A DNA stretch of 60,463 bases, filler included, from 4 parts of 4 records of this genome joined end to end with filler, not necessarily neighbours in it; one strand, 5' to 3'; positions 13,801 through 24,699 are shown, numbered from the whole stretch's first letter. Made by a program: numbers and translations. Notes: generated by a model from the sequence alone, not told the origin.

Positions 13801-16800
13801 GCTTCAGACGTGTAGGTCGCTTCAGCCAGAAGGCTTCGCTTGAGTTGCTGGTGGGTGTCGCTACGGTCTTTGTCGTGTGTGTGCACCGACCACAGTGCGT
13901 TGAATCGTGGATCACTACGCTGGAAATCGTGGACACACTGCGGCCCATCAAGATTTCCAATCGCCTGGACAAATTGCAGCAATAAAGGCGTTGTAGCGAA
14001 ACCCAGAACGAGAAGACCGCCGATGTCAAAGAGTGACCAGCAAACAATGTCAAAGCAGGGTGTCTGGCACTGCAAAGGTCTAAGACAACGGAGGCCAAAA
14101 CACACAACGCACCACTGTCGAGCAAAACCGTGAGCCTGGGTCAGCCACACGACGAAGAGCTTGCACGGCACTTTGGAAAACGAGCAGGTTTTTGCTGAGA
14201 GTCCTGGCTGTCTGTGCGGTCGTTGGATCCTCTCTACGGCGCAAAGTAGCCCCGAGAGCATGCTGAGTCGTGTTGGCGCCAAATATCGCATCATTGAAGA
14301 TTCTTTGCCGGAAAAATTTAAGATCATGTGCAGCAACCTGGAAGAAAATGTCAGTGACAACACTGCTGACTGGGGCAATTAATTGTGTGGCCTGTTGTGC
14401 TTTCAAGGGGCGGCGGGCAGTGGTCCACGCTGTAAGCTCTGCCAGATACCCTTGCAGCTTAATTGTGGTGTCCTTTGAGCGGCTGTGAGATGCATTGAAC
14501 CCGGAACTATCACCATGTCCACGACGCACCATCGAATATGGTGAACCAAGGTTTCTCCTCATCCGGAGATTTGCAGTGACAACAAAGTCAGGTACAATCC
14601 GAGCATGCCCTGAACGAAGCGATCCGGTAGCTGTCGGCAACCCGGCCTGAGGTTTGCGTGGTGGTCCTTGCCATTCTTCCGTTTCTTCACTATCACTGGC
14701 ATTGTCGTTCAAGGCACTGTCCCCAAACGGCGCACTGACTCCCTCTCCGTCACCTTCGTCGTCGCCATCACTACCACCTTCACTCGCCCTTCTTGGACTG
14801 TGTACACCGTGAGCCCCTCCAGCAGTATTTCGTCGCGAGGAGGTATGGTCGATTCCTGCTCGAAGGTCCGAGACGAGCTTGAAAATGGTCCGCCGTGACT
14901 GCTGGCTGAAAACGAGCTGCGAAAGCCTGACAAGATGAATAATACACACGCCGTTTCTTAAACAAAAAAAGCATCACCAATTCACCGCAAACAAGTCGAT
15001 CTCTAGACACGTTACGAACCGAAGTGCGCGATCATTGACAACGTTGCCTCCACATACAACAGTTCGGAGGATCTCCAGCGAATGGTACGCCTTTTTAGGC
15101 TGATCCAAGTGCCGGACAGCACGCTTGCGAAGAAACTCGTAAAAATGACTGCGAAACTGGAGTTCTCGGCTGTGCATGATGATTGTTGCCACAACCTGCA
15201 GTGAAACTGCTTTTAATTCGCCGACTTCTCGAGCAAGGGTGAGACATAGAGCTCGGGCCTGGAAGTCAAAGCAAAACACATAGCCTGAGCCCCACTGGTG
15301 TCCGTCAACAGTAGCAACGAGCACTCCGAGCGGCGTGTCATTTGTTTTCAAGTTCGGGGCTCCTGGACACCCAATCATGCAGTCCACTTACTCTGTCAGC
15401 ATGGAGGGCGAGGACACCCCAACTTCCATCCTGTGTTGACGTTTGTTGAAAATCGAGCTGTTGGAGCACCCCTTGCAGCGCATGCAGTTCAGCAAATTGC
15501 AAGTCACGATGCACCGTCTTCTCCAGCGAGTTTAGGAGCGCTTGCAAAAATCTGAAAGACAGTATCACGATGAAGGGGATGCACAGAACCATAATCAACA
15601 ATCCAAAACCATCAAATTGGAAAGCAGTTGATCCTCAGTACGGGAACCAAGATTGTTCCAGTCGCAACACACCCGCAGAGATCCTGGCGAACGAAGTTCT
15701 CATCTTTGAGATTGAACTGGAGGTATTTTGCCAAATAAACGAGAAGCACCTATGGCGGCACAAAACACGCTAAATCAGACCTCGGATCGTATCTGCAAAT
15801 GCTGCGCAAAGGCTGGAGGTCACTGCTTGCCTGTCAAAGGAACAAACCTGCGATCTCGAATAACCCCCGTAGTTGCGGTCAGTTGAATTGTATGAGTTTA
15901 TGCCCAGTGCCCAGGACGAAGTTGAAGGTGATGAAGACGAACTCGACGAGCCCATGCTTAGGATTGAGGGAGGCGCAGCCGCTGCAACGAACGAATCAAT
16001 TGGGGCCTGTTGACCCGAGAACCCGCCGCCGCCGCCAGAGCCAACACGCGAGCGACTTACAGCCGGCGGGGAAGATGCAGAGCGGGTTCGTGTGGGACGG
16101 CGATCAAAGCTGCTGACAGCCGTGGCGTGATGATTCGGTTGCAAAAGGTTTGCAATCTCTTGAATGACTACTGCGGGTTTCAGGGAATGCACAGCTCCGA
16201 ACAATACGGCAAGAGAATCATCCAGCACGAAAACGAGCTCCCGGCACAAGGCCCCATACAGCTCGGTGGCGCGTTTCAGAGTGTTTTGAACATCGCTGGC
16301 GCGCCGGCTGTGTTCCTCCACTCTTCGCCCTGGAAATTCGAGTTCGGTCAATTTCACTGCAGGAGAATTGCCAAGGCCCGTTGGTGGCAAACGCACCTTG
16401 TCACGACAAAGCTGGTTTAGGACTCGGTGAAGCCCAGCTGGTAGTCGATCCATGCCAAAACGACTAACCAAAGCCATGAAAGCGCGCACGTACAGGGTCA
16501 GGCTTGCCACATTGGCCACCATAGCCCGAGGAGAGGCAAGTTGGAAAAAAGATTCGTCGTGACGAAACTTTCCCATACGATTGGCAAGGCAACGCGCAAC
16601 AAGCGGCCAATCGGCAATTGCGAGCTGTTCAAACACCTGCAGGTGTGAGTCGATTCGAAAAGATTCGTCGAGCTGAAGCAAGTTCCACCAAACGGAGCCC
16701 AGCAGAGATTCCGCAATTTCGCCTCTCTGATCGGTGACGATAACACTGTCCGTCGCGGAGAGGGCGAACCCAACCGCAGCATCAACCTTATCGCCAAAAT

Positions 16801-16825
16801 GGCTCAGAATCGCTGACAGCAGCAT
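1216..16825 (-). CDS. Giant multi-exon Furry/Tao3/Mor2 (MOR2-PAG1)-like scaffold protein with C-terminal RGS domain; roughly 4,500 aa (estimate), about 18 introns
   Basis: Successive minus-strand ORFs join in frame through GT-AG introns of about 85-150 nt (e.g. 5188-5095, 1767-1682, 1431-1342). Furry-like helical blocks occur in the expected order: LLSAILSHF...LQVFEQLA, FLQALLNSLEK, KVEALCLTLFVHASPTIRKLA, LRILLPWCE, YFWTTVALVD. Start ATG at 16825 is tentative. Confidence 0.75.
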
Positions 16826-17284
16826 CTCTGCCACTTCTTACTTACAACATGCAGCCGAAGTCCGCGGAGAGTTCAATTGTAACCGGACAAGATCTTGGGG
16901 AAGCAAGTCGACAAGATGTTCTGCTCGACAAAACGTGTTGGTTTGCTTGATTATTTGTTGCGTAGGTTCGGTTTGTGTTCTGCCACGCGAGACGCTGCCT
17001 TCAACACACGATGGCAGACTTTCAAGCGACGGACTTTCACGAGTAGGCGGGTGCCCGCGGCCGGCGCCCGCCTTCGCAACGTCAGTCCTCAAACCACCCG
17101 CGCTGTGCTTCGCGGCTGCGTTTCGAAACAAAAATGAACACAGAAATAAACAAAACGAACGAAAACGCAGTTGCTGCCTGCCACAAGAAAGCCCGCGCGG
17201 CCTCATTCGTTCGAGCTCGTTCAGTCGTTCATTTGCTGGTTCTTCACGCTCACTCGTCGAAGAAGGAACCCCTCCTCGTCCATC

Positions 17285-17308
17285 CACACACACACACACA
17301 CACACACA
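17285..17308. repeat. (CA)n microsatellite at contig end
   Basis: Run of CA directly before the N linker. Confidence 0.95.
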
Positions 17309-17408
17309 NNNNNNNNNNNNNNNNNNNNNNNNNNNNNNNNNNNNNNNNNNNNTTAATTAATTAANNNNNNNNNNNNNNNNNNNNNNNNNNNNNNNNNNNN
17401 NNNNNNNN
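17309..17408. other. Artificial contig linker
   Basis: 44 N + TTAATTAATTAA (stops in all frames) + 44 N; gene style changes abruptly across it. Confidence 0.98.
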
Positions 17409-18291
17409 GGCGGTGAACATGCTGATCTACGACCTGTTCCCGCAACGCAGTCTGGTGCGTTACTTGCGCGCCAGGGGGTTCGAGCTGTATCTGGTCGATT
17501 GGGGACGTCCGGGCCGGGAGAACGACCATCAGGGGCTGGCCGATTATTTTTCCGAACGCTTTCCCGCCCTGCTGGAACGGGTACGCGAGCACAGTGGCGA
17601 GCGCCGCCTGAATCTGCATGGTTGGAGCTTCGGTGGGTTGTTCAGTCTGTGCTATTGCGCGCTGGGACGTGATCCGGACATCGCCAATCTGGTTCTGGTT
17701 GGCGCCCCCACGGACTATCACCGCAACGGTGTCCTCGGCCGCCAGTATCAACGCATCAGCCATACCCTGGGCTGGCTGCGGCAACGTACCGGCTGGCGCG
17801 CCCATGAACTCTCCCCCCGTTGGTTCCGCTCACCGGGCTGGCTCAACAGTCTGGCGTTCAAACTGACCAGTCCGGTGGCCAGCCTCAAGGGCTACCTGGA
17901 CCTGTTGCGCCACCTGGACGACCACGACTATGTGAGCAATCACGCCACCAACGGCGCTTTTCTGGACGACATGGTGGCGTACCCCGGCGCGGTGATTCAG
18001 GACATCATCCATTATCTGTGGGTGGACAATGTCATGGCCGAAGGCCGGCTGCCCATGGAAAGTGATGAAGGCGGCCTGAGCCAAGTCACGGTGCCCATGT
18101 TGAACATCACCAGCCCCACCGACATGATCGTCACCCCCGAATGCTCACGGGCCATGCTGCCATTGGTGAGCAGCACCGATGTCGAGTGCCTGTCGGTGAG
18201 CGGCGGACATATGGCCATTCTCGGCGGCGGCAAAGCGCAGCAGGAAAGCTGGCCGCGCGTCACGCAATGGTTGATCGAGCGGGATGGGTAA
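17409..18291 (+). CDS. Alpha/beta hydrolase, PhaC (class III PHA synthase)-like, 5' truncated
   Basis: NMLIYDLFPQRSLVRYL...YLVDWG, GWSFGG nucleophile elbow, D-x-IV and GGH motifs. Confidence 0.8.
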
Positions 18292-18435
18292 CCGAGTCAG
18301 GACCGCCCTCACAAAATCACCAAATTTTACGGTACCAGTAAATATGGACGCTAACATGTTGACAATAATCGGGGTTGGGAGGCGTTGAAACCGGCGGTTC
18401 CCATGACGTGAGCGCAAAAAGAACAAGGACGCGAC

Positions 18436-19686
18436 ATGATCCATTCGAAATACAAAACCGCCTGGCAGCTCTCCATGCTGGCCCTCAGTACGGCCCTCAC
18501 TCTGACTGCTTGCGGCGGAGGGGGTGGTGGCGGGGGTGGCGGGGGTGCCGCACCACCCATGGCACTGGAAACGTTTCAGGAAGCGAATATCGTCATCGGC
18601 CAACCCGATTTCATCGGCATGGAAGCGAACCAGAACGGTTCGATCGGCGCCAATGGTTTCGACAAACCAACCGGCAACCCCGCCATCAGCGCCGAGGGCC
18701 AGTTGTTTATCAGCGACACTTGGAACTCCCGAATCCTCGGCTACGATGCCATCCCCGACATCAATAATTTGCCTGCCGACTTTGTGCTCGGGCAGGGCGA
18801 CTTCACCAGCGGGCAAAGCAACCTGTTCACTCGCCCCCGCGACATCGCTATCGCCGCCGGCAAGATGGCAGTGGCGGACTACAATGGCAACGATGTTTTT
18901 CTTTATGATCCAATACCGACGGACGGCACTACCGTCACGCCGGTCTCACTGTCAAAAGCGTTTCCTGATCCCGATTCACCTTGCGATGTGAACTATCGCG
19001 GCTTCCCCACTTCGGTGGCGCTCAGCGAGGACGGCAAGCTGGTGGTCGCCGACAGCGGCCAGCATCGGGTTCTGGTCTGGAACACCGTACCCACCGGCAA
19101 CGGCCAGGCACCGGATCTGATATTAGGTCAGAGCGATTTCAACCACTGCACCGAGAACGATACCAATCAGGACGGCGAGGTGGATGACATGCCCTCGGCA
19201 AGCACCCTGAATTATCCTACCGGCGTGTGGACCGACGGCGAACGTCTGGCGGTGGCCGATCGGCATAACTACCGGGTGTTGATCTGGAATACCTTCCCCA
19301 CGGAGAACGGCCAACCCGCCGATGTGGTTCTCGGCCAACCTGGTTTCGACACCAACGATTCCTCCGTGCCCCCAGCGGGTTATTTCTGGCCCGATGGACT
19401 GGATTCCAATGGCATTCAGTTGGCCGTGCCCGACGCCTCAAACCATCGGGTCTTGGTCTGGAACACCTTCCCCACCGAAAACGGCCAGCTCGCCGACGTG
19501 GTGCTTGGGCAGGGTGACTTCCAGCACTCCAGCGGCAACGACGATGACCAGGATGGCAGCGGTGACGGCAGCGCCACGGCACGCACCCTGAATGGCCCCA
19601 CCGGAGTCCGTTTCCACGATGACAAACTGCTGATCAACGACACCGGTAACAACCGGGTTCTAATCTTGCGGTTACGAACGGAATAA
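18436..19686 (+). CDS. NHL-repeat beta-propeller lipoprotein
   Basis: Lipobox LTAC followed by poly-Gly; repeated L.VAD..N.RVLxWN..P..NGQ.AD.VLGQ.DF units. Confidence 0.85.
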   Translation: MIHSKYKTAWQLSMLALSTALTLTACGGGGGGGGGGGAAPPMALETFQEANIVIGQPDFIGMEANQNGSIGANGFDKPTGNPAISAEGQLFISDTWNSRILGYDAIPDINNLPADFVLGQGDFTSGQSNLFTRPRDIAIAAGKMAVADYNGNDVFLYDPIPTDGTTVTPVSLSKAFPDPDSPCDVNYRGFPTSVALSEDGKLVVADSGQHRVLVWNTVPTGNGQAPDLILGQSDFNHCTENDTNQDGEVDDMPSASTLNYPTGVWTDGERLAVADRHNYRVLIWNTFPTENGQPADVVLGQPGFDTNDSSVPPAGYFWPDGLDSNGIQLAVPDASNHRVLVWNTFPTENGQLADVVLGQGDFQHSSGNDDDQDGSGDGSATARTLNGPTGVRFHDDKLLINDTGNNRVLILRLRTE

Positions 19687-19752
19687 TGACACCGGGTGCG
19701 GAGTTGCAGGCCAACCTGCTTGTGAGTAACACACGGATATGCTCGCACCCCC

Positions 19753-19873
19753 ATTCGCCGCTAAAGCAGCTTCCCACAGACCGGGCTACAAGGCTGCTGT
19801 AGGAGCTTGCCTGCAAGCGAATATTATTTTCCGACGGTGAGAGAATTCGCCAGCAGGGGACTAGCTCCCACAG
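19753..19873. repeat. Cluster of three REP-like palindromes (GTAG/GTGG type) in alternating orientation
   Basis: attcgccgctaaagcagcttcccacag; ctgtaggagcttgcctgcaagcgaat; attcgccagcaggggactagctcccacag; lies between convergent genes. Confidence 0.7.
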
Positions 19874-19979
19874 CGACTCAAATTTCGCCCGGCGGCCCTT
19901 GATGGCGCGCTCGGAGAACACTCCAAGGCAGCCCGTCCCGGGCCTTTCAAGTACCAAGCGTTAGCGGCAGGACTTTCCT

Positions 19980-20612
19980 TCAAATAACGGTAAAAGCCCC
20001 GGGCAGGTGCTGGCGCAGGGTGAGCAGGTTTTCCTCGCGTACGTCCATGTCGCCGAAGCAGTTGGCGACGGTTCCGGTATAGCGCAAACCGTCCGCCTGA
20101 ATCGCCTCGGCGGTGAGGATGGCGTGATTGATGCAGCCGAGTTTCATCCCCACCACCTGGATCACTGGCAGGGACAGTTCCACCGCCAGACCAGCGAGCA
20201 TTTCGCGATCGTTCAAAGGCACACGCCAGCCGCCGGCGCCTTCCACCAGAATCAGATCCGCCGGATGACTGCTGATCGCGCCACGTACATAGCCGGCCAG
20301 TTGGGCCAGGGTGATCCTGCGCCCTTCCTGTTGCGCGGCGATGTGGGGTGCGATAGCGGCTTTCAGTGCCACCGGATTGACCACGTCATAGGGCAGTTGC
20401 ACCGATGAGGCCGCCATCAGGTTGACGGCGTCTTCGTTGCGCAACCCTTCCTCTGTGTCCTCGCAGCCCGCCGCCACCGGTTTCAGCCCGTAGCAGCTCA
20501 AGCCGGCCTCCCGGGCCCGTTCCAGCAACCGGCAACTGACCCAGGTCTTGCCCACTTCGGTATCGGTGCCGGTGATGAAGAACACCCCCTTCAGGGCCGG
20601 TAACGCGGGCAT
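19980..20612 (-). CDS. bioD: Dethiobiotin synthase
   Basis: FITGTDTEVGKT, LKPVAAG, VEGAGG, LGCINHA. Confidence 0.97.
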   Translation of the reverse strand: MPALPALKGVFFITGTDTEVGKTWVSCRLLERAREAGLSCYGLKPVAAGCEDTEEGLRNEDAVNLMAASSVQLPYDVVNPVALKAAIAPHIAAQQEGRRITLAQLAGYVRGAISSHPADLILVEGAGGWRVPLNDREMLAGLAVELSLPVIQVVGMKLGCINHAILTAEAIQADGLRYTGTVANCFGDMDVREENLLTLRQHLPGAFTVI

Positions 20613-21457
20613 CAGAGCACCTCCTTGCTGGCATGTAAAAACAGCACCCGCCAGGTCAGCGGCAGACCGTCCCGGGTGCGCAGGGTTTCGTAGGCGTCGA
20701 GCATGGTTCGAAAAGCGCGCTTGCCGGTGAGACCACCCCCTCCACCTTGCACATGATCGGCCCCGGTGGCCTTGAGGGTGCGGGCTATGGCACGCACGTC
20801 CGGGTAGTGCTGGGTCACCGTCAGGGTTTGCTGGGTTACCGTGGATAACCCTTCCGTGGCCAGGGCGTCATGCCATTGCACCATGGTCGGCAGATCATTG
20901 ACGTGGGGACGGCGGTCCGCGGCTTTCCAGCTCTCGGACAGCTCCCGCAGGGAATCCCGCAATGGCACCGCCAGCAACAAATGACCACCGGGAGCGAGCA
21001 CCCGCCCGGCCTCGGCGATCACCACCGCCGGATCACACCATTGCAGAGCAAAGCTGGAAAACACCAGTCCCAGGGACCGGTCCGGCAGCGGCAGGGCTTC
21101 GGCATCGGCGCATACCGGCGAGAACAATCGCCCGGTGCGGCCGCGCTGGGACGCTTCCTGAAGCATGGCCGGCGCCAGATCCAGGGCCAGCCAGCGCACT
21201 TCATGCCAGCGCTCCTGTTGCTGCCGGCTCAACGGCGCCGTGGCACAGCCCAGATCCGCTGCCCGGGGTATCGGCAGAGACTCCGGCGCCATGGCCAGAA
21301 GACTGCGGGCACAGGACAGTTGCAGCACCGCGTGAGCGTCATAACTGGCCGCGGCCCGGCCGAACTGGCGCCCTACCGCCCGTTTGGTGGCCGTGGAGGA
21401 GGTGACGGCGGGCTCATACCCAGCGGATGGATTGAAAGCAGAAGACATTACGGTCAT
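20612..21457 (-). CDS. bioC: Malonyl-ACP O-methyltransferase
   Basis: FGRAAASYD.HA.LQ, DLGC, DAEALPL, FSSFALQWC; stop/start coupling with both neighbours. Confidence 0.92.
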   Translation of the reverse strand: MTVMSSAFNPSAGYEPAVTSSTATKRAVGRQFGRAAASYDAHAVLQLSCARSLLAMAPESLPIPRAADLGCATAPLSRQQQERWHEVRWLALDLAPAMLQEASQRGRTGRLFSPVCADAEALPLPDRSLGLVFSSFALQWCDPAVVIAEAGRVLAPGGHLLLAVPLRDSLRELSESWKAADRRPHVNDLPTMVQWHDALATEGLSTVTQQTLTVTQHYPDVRAIARTLKATGADHVQGGGGGLTGKRAFRTMLDAYETLRTRDGLPLTWRVLFLHASKEVL

Positions 21458-22287
21458 TACCAGTCGGCGGCGCTGGCAACGGTGCCGTGACGCCGATAGA
21501 AATCGAGAACCACGGCGGAGAAGCGCTCCGGCGCGGATAGAAACGGTACATGGGACACCCGCTCGATCACCGCGGTTTCCCCGTGTTCATTCAGCAGCGG
21601 CCGGATGTCATCCACCAGGGTCACCGGCACGATGTTGTCACGTTCACCGAACACCATCAGCAAGGGCTGGCTCAGCGCCAAAAGAGCCGTGCGCAGATCG
21701 GTGTCCGCCAGAATCACCAGCCCTTCGATCAGCGCCCGGCGAGCCGGCAGGCCGCAAAAATAGAGGATCTCCTTGAGCCGGGCAACGTCCTCGCGCATGT
21801 TCTCGCTGTCTTTGCAGTTGAGCGCCAGAAAGCGCACCAGAGTGCCCTCGAAATCCTCTTCGCAGACCTCGGCGAAGGTGCGCAGAATCTGCGGCCGCAT
21901 GGCCCGCGGCCAGTCGTCGGCGCGGGTGAAACGCGGCGTGGTCGCCACCGTCACTACCGAGGCGACCCTCTGGGCATGACGTTGCGCCAGATTCAGCGCC
22001 ACCAGCCCGCCCAGGGACCAACCCAGCACATGGGCCCGCTCCGGCATTACCGAGGCGATCTGATCAGCCAGAAAATCCAGCGTGTACTCGTCGTTGGGCA
22101 ACGGACTCTGGCCCATGCCCGGCAGGTCCACCACGGTCACCCGGAAGTGCTCGAGCAGAGCCGGCACGATGTCATCGAAGACAATGGCGTGCAGCCCCCA
22201 GCCGTGGACCAGCACCAGGTCCCCGGCCTGTTCACCGGCCTTGCCGGTACAGCGGTAGGTGTTGTGAAACGGAATCAGTTTCGGCAT
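21457..22287 (-). CDS. bioH: Pimeloyl-ACP methyl ester carboxylesterase
   Basis: VLVHGWG, DLPG.G, GWSLGG, SHVPFLS; position in bio operon. Confidence 0.93.
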   Translation of the reverse strand: MPKLIPFHNTYRCTGKAGEQAGDLVLVHGWGLHAIVFDDIVPALLEHFRVTVVDLPGMGQSPLPNDEYTLDFLADQIASVMPERAHVLGWSLGGLVALNLAQRHAQRVASVVTVATTPRFTRADDWPRAMRPQILRTFAEVCEEDFEGTLVRFLALNCKDSENMREDVARLKEILYFCGLPARRALIEGLVILADTDLRTALLALSQPLLMVFGERDNIVPVTLVDDIRPLLNEHGETAVIERVSHVPFLSAPERFSAVVLDFYRRHGTVASAADW

Positions 22288-22321
22288 GGAACCACCTTTG
22301 AGTGATACGGTGCGCACCGCT

Positions 22322-23476
22322 TCAGCCGTCGGACGCCTGCCGCAACGCCATCAGCAACCGGTCCACATCCGCCTCCTCATGGGCGGCGGAGAAGGTGATA
22401 CGCAGGCGCGCCTGCCCCTCGGGCACGGTCGGCGGCCGGATCGCGCTGATCAGCAGCCCGCTGTCGCGCAAGCGGCGGCTCAGAGCCAGAGCATCGGCGT
22501 CTCCACCCACCAGCAGGGGCTGAATCGGCGTTTTCGAGTCCATCAAGGCATAACCCAGTTCGGCCGCGCCGCGCCGGAACCGCTGAACCAGTGCCGTCAG
22601 TTTTTCCCTGCGCCAGGCTTCCCGGCGCACGATGTCCAGGCTGACCAGGGTGGCGGCGGCCACCGCCGCCGGCATGGCGGTGGTGTAGACGTAAGTGCGG
22701 GCGAATTGTACCAGGGTTTCGATCAGTTCGTCGGAGCCGGCCACGAAGGCGCCGGCGGTGCCCAGCGCCTTGCCCAGCGTGCCCATATAGACCGGCACCC
22801 GGCCCTGCACGCCCTGATGCCAGAGCGAGCCGCGCCCGGCGCCGTCGAGCACGCCGAGGCCATGGGCATCGTCCACCATCAACCAGGCATCATGGGCCTC
22901 ACAGGCAGCCAGATAGGCGGGCAGGGGCGCCTCGTCACCGTCCATGCTGAAGACGCCGTCGGTAATCACCAGCTTGCGGGCCGCATCGCTGCGCGCCAGC
23001 AGGCTGGCCAGGGCATCCGGCTGATTATGGGCGAAACGGCGGGAGCGGGCGCCGCTGAGCTGGCCGGCATCCAGTAACGAAGCGTGGTTCAGGCGATCCT
23101 GAAAAACCGCGTCACCCCGGCCGACCAGAGCAGTCACCGCCCCCAGATTGGCCATGTAGCCATTGGAAAACAACAGCGCCCGCTGCCGCCCGCAATGCTC
23201 CGCCAGCGCTTCTTCCAGAGCCTGATGCGGGCTCTGATGACCGCACACCAGATGGGAGGCGCCACTGCCCACTCCCCACTGATCGGCGGCATCGCGGAAC
23301 GCGGTGACGATACGCGGATCACCGGCCAGTCCGAGATAGTCGTTGGAACAGAAGTTGAGGAATTCACGGCCGTCCACCACGGCGGTACGTCCGCAGGAGG
23401 AATGCATCAGCGGTGGCGTGCGATAGCGGTGTTGGGCGCGGCGTTCCGCCAGCCGCGCCCGCAGATCGAACCCCAT
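22322..23476 (-). CDS. bioF: 8-amino-7-oxononanoate synthase
   Basis: [44 protein letters not shown]. Confidence 0.97.
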   Translation of the reverse strand: MGFDLRARLAERRAQHRYRTPPLMHSSCGRTAVVDGREFLNFCSNDYLGLAGDPRIVTAFRDAADQWGVGSGASHLVCGHQSPHQALEEALAEHCGRQRALLFSNGYMANLGAVTALVGRGDAVFQDRLNHASLLDAGQLSGARSRRFAHNQPDALASLLARSDAARKLVITDGVFSMDGDEAPLPAYLAACEAHDAWLMVDDAHGLGVLDGAGRGSLWHQGVQGRVPVYMGTLGKALGTAGAFVAGSDELIETLVQFARTYVYTTAMPAAVAAATLVSLDIVRREAWRREKLTALVQRFRRGAAELGYALMDSKTPIQPLLVGGDADALALSRRLRDSGLLISAIRPPTVPEGQARLRITFSAAHEEADVDRLLMALRQASDG

Positions 23477-23480
23477 GGGG

Positions 23481-24650
23481 TCAGGAGTCAAGCGTGGCGC
23501 CGGCGGTGGGCCGGCCGGTGTCGCGGTCCAATACGTGCTTGGCGGGGCGTTTGCTCATCGCGTCGTAAAACAACCCCTGTTCCTCTCCTTGTTCCACTGC
23601 TTGCTGCTCCGCCACCTGGGCGCGCAGCGCCTCTTCGTGGGCTTCGTCGGAGGCTTCATGGCGCGGGTCCAGCGGGTGGATGCCGAGACGTTGGAACAAC
23701 TGCCGGTCGTGAGTCGCTTCCGGATTATCGGTAGTGAGCAATCGCTCACCATAAAAGATGGAATTGGCGCCAGCCAGGAAGCAGAGCGCCTGAGCCTCGT
23801 CATGCATCTCCTGACGCCCGGCGGACAGCCGCACATAGGATTCCGGCATCAGAATACGGGCCACCGCCACGGTCCGCACGAACTCGAGCGGATCCAGGTC
23901 ATCCACATCCGCCAGCGGCGTGCCCTCGATTTTCACCAGCATGTTGATCGGCACGGATTCCGGATGGTGGGGTAGATTGGCCAGTTGTTGCAGCAGACCG
24001 ACCCGGTCATCGCGGTTCTCACCCATGCCGATGATGCCGCCACAGCACACTTTCATGCCGGCGTCCCGCACATTCGCCAGGGTGCTCAGGCGGTCATTGT
24101 AGGTGCGGGTGGTAATCACCTGGCCGTAATACTCCGGCGAGGTGTCCAGGTTGTGGTTGTAGTAGTCGAGGCCGGCCTCGGCCAGGTTCCGGGCTTGATT
24201 TTCATCCAGCATGCCCAGGGTCATGCAGGTTTCCATTCCCAGGGCCTTCACCTGACGCACCATGTCCAGCACATAGGGCATGTCCTTTTCCCGCGGGCTG
24301 CGCCAGGCAGCGCCCATGCAGAACCGGGAGGCGCCTTTGTCCCGCGCCGCTTTGGCCTCTTCCACCACCCGCGCCACTTCCAGCAGCTTTTCCTTTTCCA
24401 GCTCGGTGTTGTAGTGACCGGATTGGGAGCAGTATTTGCAGTCTTCCGGGCAGGCGCCGGTCTTGATCGACAGCAGCGTGCTCACCTGCACCGCGTTGGG
24501 ATCGAAGAACTGACGGTGCACGGTGGCGGCACGAAAGATCAGATCATTGAATGGCAGGGCAAACAGGGCTTCGATCTCACCCCGATGCCAGTCATGGCGT
24601 ACAGCGGTTCGGGAAGAAGTCGTCTGGGCGTTGGCGGCGGCTACGGTCAT
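23481..24650 (-). CDS. bioB: Biotin synthase
   Basis: [15 protein letters not shown] radical SAM motif, [20 protein letters not shown]. Confidence 0.98.
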   Translation of the reverse strand: MTVAAANAQTTSSRTAVRHDWHRGEIEALFALPFNDLIFRAATVHRQFFDPNAVQVSTLLSIKTGACPEDCKYCSQSGHYNTELEKEKLLEVARVVEEAKAARDKGASRFCMGAAWRSPREKDMPYVLDMVRQVKALGMETCMTLGMLDENQARNLAEAGLDYYNHNLDTSPEYYGQVITTRTYNDRLSTLANVRDAGMKVCCGGIIGMGENRDDRVGLLQQLANLPHHPESVPINMLVKIEGTPLADVDDLDPLEFVRTVAVARILMPESYVRLSAGRQEMHDEAQALCFLAGANSIFYGERLLTTDNPEATHDRQLFQRLGIHPLDPRHEASDEAHEEALRAQVAEQQAVEQGEEQGLFYDAMSKRPAKHVLDRDTGRPTAGATLDS

Positions 24651-24699
24651 GCTGGTTCTCCTTCTTGAGATCCCAAAGGCTAGGCAGTCCCGGACACCC

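Noticed and set aside
1216-16825. Stop-codon reassignment or frameshifted pseudogene explaining the fragmented eukaryotic ORFs
   Set aside because: The internal breaks I traced are each bridged by a GT...AG intron that restores frame and family-like sequence; TAA, TAG and TGA stops fall inside those introns.
17353-17364. TTAATTAATTAA as a biological repeat or att site (also at 28510 and 38613)
   Set aside because: Always centred in 44+44 Ns; a synthetic six-frame-stop spacer.
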